DNA of 32,000 bases from the NCBI RefSeq assembly GCF_000011805.1, contig NC_006840.2; one strand, given 5' to 3'. The number at the start of each line of letters is the position of its first letter. The stretch's first letter is position 1. The notes beneath the pieces were generated by a model that was not told where the DNA came from, did not search any database, and saw only the letters and a program-made list of their open reading frames with translations. Positions 9,442 through 18,297 of the stretch are shown in pieces. The position numbers were made by a program, and so were the translations under genes. Source of the DNA: Aliivibrio fischeri ES114. GTDB lineage: Bacteria; Pseudomonadota; Gammaproteobacteria; Enterobacterales; Vibrionaceae.

Positions 9442-11937
9442 ATGCAAACTCTCTCATTTAGTGTTCAAAGCATTACGCATCTTAAAGAAGAGTGTGATTC
9501 ACTATTAATAGAGAGGGCATCAGGATGTTTAATTCAGATATTCTCTTCTCAATCGATGGAAGAAGTCTCTACTTATCATTCCTTTTTACAGTGCTTATTT
9601 CCTCACGCTGAGATCGTTGGTCTCAGCGCGATTCATACCAGTATAAATTCTTCGGTATTCACTCAATCAACCATTGTATCTATCTCTACTTTTGATTCTT
9701 CAACCGTGACATCAGCGTCAATTGTCCATGGTGAAAATGAACCACTTGTTGGTCATCAATTATTAAGAAAACTATCCGTTAATCAGACGACGAAAAGCGT
9801 TATTGCTTTTAGTTGTTATGGTTCTGCAAGCAATTACAAGCTCTTTGAAGCTTTCTCTGAGCAAGCTTACATTGTTCCTGTATCGGGTTGTGTTGCGACA
9901 GATACAGGTGAAGGGGCCTGGATTCTGTTTAATGGTGAGTTTCATCAAAACCAAATCGTTGCTGTTGCTTTACATGGTGAAAAATTACAGGCTTGGTATG
10001 AAGCATTTGTTGAATGGAATCCCATTGGTAAGCATTTTCGAGTTACTGCTTCTGAAGGTCGAGTGGTTAAAGCGATTGACCATATTCCTGCGTACGATTT
10101 TTATTGTAAATACTTAGCTGACAACAAACCACTTGCGCTTAGCCAGATTCAAGCTTTTCCTTTAATGCTAGAGGAAGAGACGGCACGCATTATTAATACG
10201 GTTGAATCAATCACCAAAGAAGGGCATTTATTGTTTTCTGCTGAAGTGCCTGTTGGTGATGAGGTTAGATTATCGTATTACCATCCGTCATTAACGCAAG
10301 AGCAAGTGAATCAAGGTGCGGCTCGTTTGGCGAATCGACGACCTGAATCTATTTTTATTTATAACTGTGAATCGCGGATTGAAAATAGTACTGAATCAAC
10401 AGAATTACAGGCGTTTTCTGATGTTGGTTTATGTCAGGGTGTTTATGGGATGGGAGAATTTTTCCGATCTCATAATCAGCAGATTTTACACCACAGTTTA
10501 ACCTACCTTGCGTTAAGTGAATCAGAAGAAGTCGCATCAGAATACGATACTTTTTCTCGTGCGCCACGTGTTCATAACTTAACGCCGCTGTTCTCATTAA
10601 TTAAAAATTCAATTCAAGATTTGGATCATATGACCTCTGAATTGGAAGAGAAAATTAGAGAGCAGTCACTGCGTTTAATTCAAACTTATCGTACGGACAG
10701 AAGAACGGGATTACTTAATCGTACGGTACTGAAAGAGCGCCTTTCTCATATAGCGTTAACGGATCATTTACTCTCTTTTAAATTAACCAATTTAAGCCAA
10801 GTAAATGAAAAGTATGGTTACCATGTCGGTGATAAGTTACTGCAAGATATTAGTTATTATATGAAAGAGCATTTAGGCTTAGCGATTGAGTCTGAAATTG
10901 AGCTCTACAGTATTGGCATTGCTGAATGGGGTGTCATATTTAATAGCGATACTGCCAGTGAGGTATTACGTAAGCAGATTACTGGTTTTATTGAAAAACT
11001 AGAACATGAAAATTTTGAACCTTATGGTTTAGATGATGTGGACTATTTAAGTGTTTCTATTTCTGGGGGGCTTATTAGTCGACGTGATTTCCCAACCATT
11101 GCTTCTGAAGATTTAATTCTAAAAACGGTAGAGGCAAGGCGAATTGCTATGCGTCGTAATCGCCACTTGTGTAATGCCCGAGAATTAATGAAAGAAGAGC
11201 GTACTCGTCAAAATCAACTGGATTGGCTTACTTGTGTCAATCGAGCGATTTCTCAAAAGGGAGTATTGGTTTATGGGCAACCTATTTATAAAGCGCATAC
11301 TCATGAGCTAGCATCAACAGAATGTCTAATGCGAATTCAAGAGGACGACCAAATATTTGCTCCGGGACAGTTTTTACCAGCGGTTGAGGGGACGCATCTT
11401 TATACTCGCTTAAGTCGAGAAATGATTTCGAGTATCTTTGAGATCATGCAGTCGAATGATTTGACGTTCTCGATTAATTTATCTCCTCAAGATTTATTAA
11501 GTGATAGAACACTAGATTTATTAGAGTCATCCATGATCCGTTTAGATAACCCAATGCGAGTGGGATTTGAAGTGTTAGAAACGGAACAAATTCAAGATTA
11601 TGGGCATATCATTGAGGTGTGTAATCATTTTCGACGCTTAGGTGCACGAATTATTATTGATGATTTCGGTTCAGGTTATTCCAATATTGATGCGATCATG
11701 AAACTAGAGCCTCAGGTGATTAAGCTTGATGGCTCAATTATCAAAAATGTACATCAAGATAAGCGACAGCGTTTGATCTCTCAGCAAATGGTACAGCTTT
11801 GTCATGTATTAGATGCCAAAGCTGTGGCCGAGTTTGTTCATAACCAAGAGGTGTGTTCAATTGTTGAAGATATGGGCGTGGATTACTTACAAGGTTACTT
11901 TTTAGGTGAGCCTAAATCGTTACACATTAAGACGTAA
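9442..11937 (+). CDS. Cytoplasmic sensor: FIST-like N-terminal region, coiled coil, degenerate GGDEF, then EAL (ECL variant) c-di-GMP phosphodiesterase-type domain
   Basis: The GGDEF fold begins at DRRTGLLNR, but the signature is GIAEW and the DxD metal site is lost. EAL residues are present: ECLMR, INLSP, EVLE, DDFGSGYSN, KLDGS, AEFV, QGY. The FIST call for aa ~1-380 comes from composition and pattern memory only. No TM segments were seen. Confidence 0.7.
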   Translation: MQTLSFSVQSITHLKEECDSLLIERASGCLIQIFSSQSMEEVSTYHSFLQCLFPHAEIVGLSAIHTSINSSVFTQSTIVSISTFDSSTVTSASIVHGENEPLVGHQLLRKLSVNQTTKSVIAFSCYGSASNYKLFEAFSEQAYIVPVSGCVATDTGEGAWILFNGEFHQNQIVAVALHGEKLQAWYEAFVEWNPIGKHFRVTASEGRVVKAIDHIPAYDFYCKYLADNKPLALSQIQAFPLMLEEETARIINTVESITKEGHLLFSAEVPVGDEVRLSYYHPSLTQEQVNQGAARLANRRPESIFIYNCESRIENSTESTELQAFSDVGLCQGVYGMGEFFRSHNQQILHHSLTYLALSESEEVASEYDTFSRAPRVHNLTPLFSLIKNSIQDLDHMTSELEEKIREQSLRLIQTYRTDRRTGLLNRTVLKERLSHIALTDHLLSFKLTNLSQVNEKYGYHVGDKLLQDISYYMKEHLGLAIESEIELYSIGIAEWGVIFNSDTASEVLRKQITGFIEKLEHENFEPYGLDDVDYLSVSISGGLISRRDFPTIASEDLILKTVEARRIAMRRNRHLCNARELMKEERTRQNQLDWLTCVNRAISQKGVLVYGQPIYKAHTHELASTECLMRIQEDDQIFAPGQFLPAVEGTHLYTRLSREMISSIFEIMQSNDLTFSINLSPQDLLSDRTLDLLESSMIRLDNPMRVGFEVLETEQIQDYGHIIEVCNHFRRLGARIIIDDFGSGYSNIDAIMKLEPQVIKLDGSIIKNVHQDKRQRLISQQMVQLCHVLDAKAVAEFVHNQEVCSIVEDMGVDYLQGYFLGEPKSLHIKT

Positions 11938-12526
11938 ATTTATGTCCACTTCGTTCAGCTTGGAACACCGTTAAAAATTGATCGTAATAACATGAAAGAG
12001 CTTGAGCATTCTCAGGCTCTTTTACCATCTCTAAGACTTCAATTCCTGCTTCGCACGTACATAGATTACCTTCACTTTGATTTCTACGTAAGTGATAGCG
12101 AGATGCTTCGTCAGTTTGAATCTCCAAGCAAGGTAATGCTTTTAACCAAGGACTTTTATTCACCATTTTTTTGGCTTCTTGCCATGTCGCATCGAGCAGT
12201 ACAAAAAGTTGTTTTTTGCTTGGGTCATGTCGATGGTGAAAATCACTACTGAGTACTGGCTCTTTACTTGGGAAGAGTAACCAGGTTTCAGTATCTGCTT
12301 GGTTTATTTTACTAATAAGCGCTTGAGGTGGTTCTTTTCGTTGCCACGTGTATTCCGTTGTATTGGACAAACTATTGAGGAGCAACTTTCCTGTATTGGT
12401 GAGTTTGTGGCGTTCGTTTTCATGATAGAGCAACGCAAACTCAATATTTGAGCTTAAATTTGGTTGATGTGCGCAAATACAATTATGAGTAAATCCACAA
12501 ATAGAGCAGGTCATGAATATGTCCAT
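11927..12526 (-). CDS. DTW-domain protein (TapT/YfiP-like tRNA-uridine aminocarboxypropyltransferase family)
   Basis: LLDATWQEAKKM (DTW motif) and RYHLRRNQSEGNLCTCEA parallel E. coli YfiP LDGTWPEARKM / AYRLREAQAEGQYCTAE. N-terminal Cys cluster CSICGFTHNCIC. The start overlaps the upstream lipoprotein stop (TAATG). Confidence 0.8.
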   Translation of the reverse strand: MDIFMTCSICGFTHNCICAHQPNLSSNIEFALLYHENERHKLTNTGKLLLNSLSNTTEYTWQRKEPPQALISKINQADTETWLLFPSKEPVLSSDFHHRHDPSKKQLFVLLDATWQEAKKMVNKSPWLKALPCLEIQTDEASRYHLRRNQSEGNLCTCEAGIEVLEMVKEPENAQALSCYYDQFLTVFQAERSGHKFTS

Positions 12527-13536
12527 TATTGACTGGTTGAAAATAGGGTTAACCCTGATTTTATTGGAAAGGTAACGCCATTCACCGTTTCTTTATCCGT
12601 ATGAATTTGTTTTCCTTTTTTAGTGAATGTTCGCTCAGCAATTAAGTATTGGCGTTGATGGCGGCTCATTAACACGTGTACATGGTCATCACGAGTTGCC
12701 TGCCATACTCCGGTTTCAACTAATGGGTCTTCACCTGTTTGATTATCATAGGTCGTGATTGCCGAGTGATCAGGATTTAAAACCAGATTAATGTTTAGCC
12801 CTGGTGTTGTTAGCGTGCTGGTCCCTTGGTAAGTACCAACCCAATTAAGCGTAGTATCTTTGGGTGCTAATGTTCCACAACCCTTATAGGTCGTATCATT
12901 AACCGTAACTTCTGAATTCCAACCATAAATCGACTCAACCATGCTGTCGTTGCATAGGCCTTTTGTCATGATTAACGAGAAATTCTCGCTGTGGTATTCT
13001 CGTCTTGTCGGAGTAAATTCCTGTTTGGTGATAGGTTGTTTTTTGGTTTGATTTCCCATTTGAGAAAAGACCAATTCACCACTCTTTACCTGCATATTCC
13101 AAAAAGGTTCATTACCAAAGGCTTTGGTTGGTTGTGGTGGTTGGGCACAACTTGGGCCTTCCCCTGCAACTAAACGATTAATATGAGACACAACAAATCG
13201 AGCAGGATAGTCGCTAGAAAAACCGCCTTTAGGTGGGGCTTCAAAATGACCAATAAATTCACCATACATTGCTTGGTAAGGTCTTGATTGAATGTCTGTT
13301 CCCGCTTTCCATTGTCTTGGAGATAGGTTTACCCAGTACTGTTGATCGCTATCACAAGGCTGAATACTTTGAGACTCATGACCAATGATTACTGTACCTC
13401 TCAACATAAAAGTATGAGGTGAGTTAATCTCATCTTGTTGAGCTACCATATTATTTTTAGGTGCTGATGTTTGTTGGCTGCACCCTGTCAATAATAGCAA
13501 TGTGGCACTAATTAGAGTGGTTAATGATGTTTTCAT
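12526..13536 (-). CDS. Exported lipoprotein of unknown function (GNEPFW / COG3650-like middle domain)
   Basis: Signal peptide with lipobox LLLTGC|S. Central AFGNEPFW ... LCNDSM ... YKGCG pattern, recalled from COG3650-type lipoproteins. No catalytic motif recognised. Confidence 0.7.
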   Translation of the reverse strand: MKTSLTTLISATLLLLTGCSQQTSAPKNNMVAQQDEINSPHTFMLRGTVIIGHESQSIQPCDSDQQYWVNLSPRQWKAGTDIQSRPYQAMYGEFIGHFEAPPKGGFSSDYPARFVVSHINRLVAGEGPSCAQPPQPTKAFGNEPFWNMQVKSGELVFSQMGNQTKKQPITKQEFTPTRREYHSENFSLIMTKGLCNDSMVESIYGWNSEVTVNDTTYKGCGTLAPKDTTLNWVGTYQGTSTLTTPGLNINLVLNPDHSAITTYDNQTGEDPLVETGVWQATRDDHVHVLMSRHQRQYLIAERTFTKKGKQIHTDKETVNGVTFPIKSGLTLFSTSQ

Positions 13537-13692
13537 TATAGGATTCTCAACATGGTTGGTTTAACTCTGGGAGTGAGTATGCCATAGGACATGATAAATG
13601 CGTGAAAATTCACCTTTGTCAGAGCTATTAGTAGGATTTTAGCGTAAAATGCCGGGGTTATTTTAAATGAGTAAAGAGAGCTAAGAAAAAAT

Positions 13693-14328
13693 ATGAGTTG
13701 GAACCTTTCGCCTTCAGACGTATTTAGTGCATCACCAGTTGTTCCTGTTATGGTTATCGAACAATTGGAAGACGCTGTACCAATGGCTCAAGCACTTGCA
13801 GCTGGTGGAATTAATGTGTTCGAAATTACGCTTCGAACAGCGGTTGCTTTAGAGGCAATTACTGCAATTCGTAAAGCGATGCCAAAAGCATTGGTAGGCG
13901 CTGGTACTGTTATTAGTACGCATCAGTATGACCAAGCTGTTGAAGCGGGCGCTCAATTTATTATTTCTCCAGGGTTTACACCAAGTTTGTTAGCCCACGC
14001 TAAAACAGCGGATGTTCCACTAATCCCAGGTGTTGCAACGCCTTCTGAGGTGATTCGAGCTATCGAATTAGGTTACTCTCATCTTAAATTTTTCCCTGCA
14101 AGCGCATTTGGTGGTCCATCAGTATTGAAAGCGATGGCAGCACCATTACCACAAGTTCAATTCTGTCCAACTGGTGGCATTAATCCACAAAACGTAAATG
14201 ACTACACAGCATTAGATTGTGTGGCTACTGTGGGTGGTTCTTGGATGCTACCAAAAGATGCAGTAGCAGCAAAAGATTGGAATAAAGTCACGTTATTAGC
14301 AAAAGAAGCGGTAGAGCTAATTAAGTAA
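13693..14328 (+). CDS. eda: KHG/KDPG aldolase
   Basis: 211 aa, colinear with E. coli Eda (PVVPVxV, FEITLRT, GAGTV, ISPG, LKFFPA with the Schiff-base Lys, CPTGGI, GGSW). Confidence 0.95.
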   Translation: MSWNLSPSDVFSASPVVPVMVIEQLEDAVPMAQALAAGGINVFEITLRTAVALEAITAIRKAMPKALVGAGTVISTHQYDQAVEAGAQFIISPGFTPSLLAHAKTADVPLIPGVATPSEVIRAIELGYSHLKFFPASAFGGPSVLKAMAAPLPQVQFCPTGGINPQNVNDYTALDCVATVGGSWMLPKDAVAAKDWNKVTLLAKEAVELIK

Positions 14329-14344
14329 TCGCACTTATTTTTTG

Positions 14345-16903
14345 TCACGCCTGAGAACGATGAATCAGGTGTGACAACTCTCCCCATTGTTCAATTGGTA
14401 ACGGCTTGCTGTATAGGTAGCCTTGTGCAATATCACAACCTAAAGAGTCCAATATTTCTGCTTGCTCTTTTGTCTCAACCCCTTCAACAACAATCGAAAC
14501 GTTAAACCCTTTTGCCATGTGAATGATAGCGTTAACAATCGATGTTTCTGCATTATCTCGAGTTAGATTTTTTACAAACGAGCGATCTATCTTTAAGCAG
14601 TCAAAAGGCAGAGTGTGCAAGTAAGACAGTGATGAGTAGCCTGTGCCAAAGTCATCAATTGCAATATGAACCCCAAGCGCTCGAACCTTATTTAATAGCT
14701 CAATAATAAAGGCATCGTTATTCAATAAGCGAGACTCAATGATCTCTAAGCTTAAGTTTTTAGGCTCAAGACCTGATTCTGTTAATGCGGCTTGTAAGCG
14801 CTGATAGCTATTCCCATCATGCAGTTGCTCTGTTGAAACATTAACATGCATAACAAAATCGTCTGGCCATTCACCAGATGCAATTTTTTGTGCAGTGTCG
14901 ATGCACGCTTGTCTTAATACCATACGACCAATATTGATTATCATGCCGTTATCCTCAGCAAGAGGAATAAATTCATTTGGTGATACGATACCTCGTTGTG
15001 GTGAATTCCAACGAATTAACGCTTCTGCACCATGAATTTTACCGTCTTCAAAATTCACTAATGGTTGATAGTAAGGGAGTAACTCTTCATTTTTTATTGC
15101 GTGCGATAACTCCGCAGCTAGCTTGGTTTTTTTCTGAGAGATGTCGGCCATATAAGGCTCAAACACAGCCAGTTTGCTTGATTTGCTTTGTGCATAAGCA
15201 AGAGCCAGACTTGCGCAACGTAGCCAGTGCATCGCATTGTGGTTATTTAATTGATAAACCAATCCCGTAGATAATTGGATAACAACCTCACCAGAGGCGG
15301 ATTGTATAGGGGTATTAAATATAGATTGCAGCTGCTGGGCGTAATTAATTAACTCTTGAATATCATCAATATGATAAAAGAAAAGAGCAAACTCAGCGCC
15401 ACCAATGCGGGCCATTTCTATATTTTGATCTTGATAGTGCGTTTTTAATCGCTCTGAAATATCAACAAGAAGATGGTCACCACTTAAGTGTCCAACAGAG
15501 TCATTGATGTCTCGAAAACCATTAATGGTAAAAGAGATGAGTCCTGAATTATCTGTAATAGCAGGAGAGATAACGTTATCGAGACCTGTTCGACTGTATA
15601 AATGAGTCAGTGAGTCGTAGGTTACTTTATCTTGTAACTCTTGAAACGATCGTTTTAGGTTGTGTGCCATAAATTTAAACGAACGGGTTAGAACCATGAC
15701 TTCTTGAGTTGTGCAATTAATTGGCAAAGGCGTATCCCAATTACCTTGAGCTAGCTCCTTTGCTGAATTGGCGGTATCAATAATCGGCTTTATTAATTTT
15801 CGAATAACATAAACCGCAAGCACAAAAGCGATAAGGCAGGCGATAACCGTAATAATAATGGTGAACTGTCGTCGCTGTGGCAATGCCCCAAGTAGAGTTG
15901 ATTCTGGTATTGATGCAATGATATAGCCTTCAACAGGAATACGTTTCCGGAAAGGGCTGATCATCATAAAGTGCTTTTGACCATCAATATTTAGTGAGAT
16001 TATTTTTTCTTGTAATGCCTTATCAAATCCTACTTTTTCAATATATAGAATCGTCTCTTTAACGATTGGATTTTCAATGCTGTCTATGCGTGAGATATCA
16101 TGATGCATTGGTGCATTAGGATTATGATCTGAATGTAGCCAGACGGTCCCATTGCTATCAACAATAGAGATATTACCGTTGATTTCATCGGCTTCTTTGT
16201 CTAAAAATTTATTGAATGACGTAAGTAAAACATCTGTTGTAATAACGCCTTCAAGTTCTTTATTTTTATTATAAACCGGAGATATTGCAGAGAGCAGAGA
16301 GGACTCATTTTCTTCTACGTTTGAGTAAATATCACTCCATCGAGCTTTCGGATCTTCGAGTGACTTTTGATACCAAGGACGAGTTCTTGGATCATAGTTT
16401 TTTATGATGTTAAGTACTGGTGATTGTAAATTATCGCCTTGATAAATATATAAGTGGCTGTTCTGCTCTTTTAGAAGTAAATGGGTAGTACCGTTATTTT
16501 TATTTTTTCTAAAGCCAATGTAATCACCTTTTTTATTGCCATAGCCAATGATATCGACTTGTTTAAGTGTACTGACTTCTTTTTTTAAGTTTTGATTTAG
16601 GTAACGCTGTAGTTTTTTAGCGTTTTCTGGCAAATAAAGCTCATTACGCTCAATCGTATTGCGCATATTGATATTTGCATTTAATGGGTCTTCTAATTGA
16701 TGGTAAAGAGCTGCATCAATACTGCGAGAGGAAGAATCTAATAACTTTTCACTGATGTGACTGATCATATCTCTATAAATGCTTGCTTGGCTGTTAAGTA
16801 CCACTGTCATGATCAAAGTAAAAATGATCATAAATGGGATGGTAATGGCAAACTTTAGAGATATGTTGTTTTTACATGACATAAAAATAGCGACCAGAAT
16901 CAC
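14345..16903 (-). CDS. Membrane c-di-GMP protein: TM, periplasmic dCache, TM, HAMP, degenerate GGDEF (GGAEF), EAL
   Basis: Cache hallmark YDPRTRPWY. Two TM helices. GGDEF region reads RIGGAEF, with ING in place of the DxD metal site. Intact EAL set: EALIRW, DDFGTGYSS, KIDRSF, EGVE, QGY. The start is ambiguous: GTG at 16903 or ATG at 16882 (MSCKNN). Confidence 0.9.
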   Translation of the reverse strand: MILVAIFMSCKNNISLKFAITIPFMIIFTLIMTVVLNSQASIYRDMISHISEKLLDSSSRSIDAALYHQLEDPLNANINMRNTIERNELYLPENAKKLQRYLNQNLKKEVSTLKQVDIIGYGNKKGDYIGFRKNKNNGTTHLLLKEQNSHLYIYQGDNLQSPVLNIIKNYDPRTRPWYQKSLEDPKARWSDIYSNVEENESSLLSAISPVYNKNKELEGVITTDVLLTSFNKFLDKEADEINGNISIVDSNGTVWLHSDHNPNAPMHHDISRIDSIENPIVKETILYIEKVGFDKALQEKIISLNIDGQKHFMMISPFRKRIPVEGYIIASIPESTLLGALPQRRQFTIIITVIACLIAFVLAVYVIRKLIKPIIDTANSAKELAQGNWDTPLPINCTTQEVMVLTRSFKFMAHNLKRSFQELQDKVTYDSLTHLYSRTGLDNVISPAITDNSGLISFTINGFRDINDSVGHLSGDHLLVDISERLKTHYQDQNIEMARIGGAEFALFFYHIDDIQELINYAQQLQSIFNTPIQSASGEVVIQLSTGLVYQLNNHNAMHWLRCASLALAYAQSKSSKLAVFEPYMADISQKKTKLAAELSHAIKNEELLPYYQPLVNFEDGKIHGAEALIRWNSPQRGIVSPNEFIPLAEDNGMIINIGRMVLRQACIDTAQKIASGEWPDDFVMHVNVSTEQLHDGNSYQRLQAALTESGLEPKNLSLEIIESRLLNNDAFIIELLNKVRALGVHIAIDDFGTGYSSLSYLHTLPFDCLKIDRSFVKNLTRDNAETSIVNAIIHMAKGFNVSIVVEGVETKEQAEILDSLGCDIAQGYLYSKPLPIEQWGELSHLIHRSQA

Positions 16904-17049
16904 ACTTAATAGAATGGAGTCGCGTATGCTATCAGCAATAGAAAAGAGAAATATGTCTCAATTGTTGGATGGCGAGAGATTGTTCAATTCGAAAGGTTAG
17001 GGTATGAAACGATATGGTTACCTAATTAAAAACGATAAGAGTAAAAGAT

Positions 17050-17124
17050 AGGTTTCAGGGTTCAGGCTTCAGGAAGAGCAGAAGTAGTACCCCTGAATCC
17101 TGTAAGCGCAGCGCCCTGAAACCT
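17050..17124. repeat. REP/BIME-like imperfect palindrome built from tiled TTCAGG units
   Basis: AGGTTTCAGGG (17050-17060) pairs perfectly with CCCTGAAACCT (17114-17124). The interior is GTTCAGG-CTTCAGG ... CCTGAATCCTG. It lies 8 nt downstream of the add stop. Confidence 0.75.
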
Positions 17125-17131
17125 GCTTTAT

Positions 17132-18133
17132 TTAGCGCTTAGCTGCCATCTCACGTAGAGCTTGTTTCTCTGAATCAGATAAGAAAGCCAGATCTAAACC
17201 ATTAATTTGAATTTGTTTAAGTTGCTCTGGCGTTAAGCCAACTTTTGGTGCAGCGACTTCGTACTCATGAGGTAATTCAATGCCTTCAACCGCTGGGTCA
17301 TCTGTATTAAGACAAACTTTAACACCGTAATCTAAGAATGTCTTAATTGGGTGAGATTCAAATGAAGCAACCGTACTTGTTTGAATGTTAGAGGTTAAGC
17401 AAGACTCAATACCAATGTTGTTTTTAGCTAGGTATTCCATCAGTTTTGGATCTTCAATGGCTTTAACACCATGACCAATTCGTACTGCGCCAAGCTCATT
17501 AATTGCTTGCCACATACTTGCAGCACCCGCTGCTTCACCTGCGTGTACAGTGACACGAAGATCTGCGTCTTTCACTTGTTTAAAGTGATTTACAAAAAGG
17601 TCACCTGGTTGACCTAACTCATCACCAGCAAGATCGATTGCAACTAATTTGTGTTTTTGAGTCAGTAGGCCATCTAATTCTTGTTGGCAAGCATCTTGAC
17701 CAAAGGTACGACTCATAATACCGATTAAGTTAGCCTTAATACCAAAATCACGACAACCCGCTTCTACACCATCAACAACCGCTTCAACAACACCAGCAAT
17801 AGGTAAATTGTGTTTCATTGCCATGTAGTATGGTGAAAAGCGTAATTCAGCGTAATCAATTTGAGCATTCATTGCGTCTTGAACGTTTTCATATGCCACA
17901 CGACGACAGGCATCTAAATCACCAAGAACAGCAACGCCCCAATCAAGTTTCGATAAGAAAGCCACAAGACTTGGCTCGGCTTCCACAATTTGTACGTGAG
18001 GGCGAAGTGCTTCGATATCATACGCAGGTAGGTCTAAACCAAATTTTTGGCCTAAATCCAAAATGGTTTCAATGCGAATATTTCCATCAAGGTGACGGTG
18101 TAGATCCGTTAAAGGAAGTTGTTTAATGATCAT
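17132..18133 (-). CDS. add: Adenosine deaminase
   Basis: Colinear with E. coli Add from [20 protein letters not shown] (ATG at 18133) to the C-terminus, including HAGE and NTDDP. The 44-aa N-terminal extension in the track ORF (to 18265) has no counterpart. Confidence 0.95.
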   Translation of the reverse strand: MIIKQLPLTDLHRHLDGNIRIETILDLGQKFGLDLPAYDIEALRPHVQIVEAEPSLVAFLSKLDWGVAVLGDLDACRRVAYENVQDAMNAQIDYAELRFSPYYMAMKHNLPIAGVVEAVVDGVEAGCRDFGIKANLIGIMSRTFGQDACQQELDGLLTQKHKLVAIDLAGDELGQPGDLFVNHFKQVKDADLRVTVHAGEAAGAASMWQAINELGAVRIGHGVKAIEDPKLMEYLAKNNIGIESCLTSNIQTSTVASFESHPIKTFLDYGVKVCLNTDDPAVEGIELPHEYEVAAPKVGLTPEQLKQIQINGLDLAFLSDSEKQALREMAAKR

Positions 18134-18255
18134 TATTATTTTCCTAAAAAGTGTCCCAATTCCATTGGTGCATCGGCATTGGTATAAAACTGAATATAAG
18201 TAGATATTACAGCAGAGTATAGAGACAAGTGTGGAATGTGTCAGTAGCAAATCGG

Positions 18256-18288
18256 TTAAAAACAACGCAATCTGAACGATTGCGTTGT
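18256..18288 (-). terminator. Rho-independent terminator after the upstream GGDEF-EAL gene
   Basis: Perfect 11-bp stem ACAACGCAATC / GATTGCGTTGT with a 5-nt loop. It is followed on the minus strand by TTTT(T)AACC and lies 10 nt after the stop at 18298. Confidence 0.6.
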
Positions 18289-18297
18289 GATGTTAAC

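Noticed and set aside
14344-14375. An 11-bp-stem hairpin (GTCACGCCTGA / TCAGGTGTGAC) at the eda / GGDEF-EAL convergent junction, considered as a bidirectional terminator.
   Set aside because: No U-tract follows the stem on either strand; the T-run precedes it on the + strand. It also overlaps the stop codon of the minus-strand gene. It may still affect RNA stability, but I cannot call it a terminator.
16914-17000. A small ORF, MESRMLSAIEKRNMSQLLDGERLFNSKG, in the add / GGDEF-EAL spacer.
   Set aside because: It has no RBS and no recognisable features. It lies in the probable promoter region of the downstream minus-strand gene.
18166-18172. TGGTGCA NtrC half-sites upstream of add (18166-18172) and upstream of the GGDEF-EAL gene (20896-20902).
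   Set aside because: These are single 7-mers with no second half at the correct spacing. About four occurrences are expected by chance in 32 kb on both strands.
18134-18265. A 44-aa N-terminal extension of add in the track ORF. Similar extensions occur for typA (26241-26282), cytochrome c4 (988-1020), uspB (7739-7753), the yhiN-like gene (8126-8140) and the methyltransferase (1778-1792).
   Set aside because: The orthologue alignments I recall begin at the internal Met. The extensions are hydrophobic or odd in composition, start at non-ATG codons, or lack an RBS.
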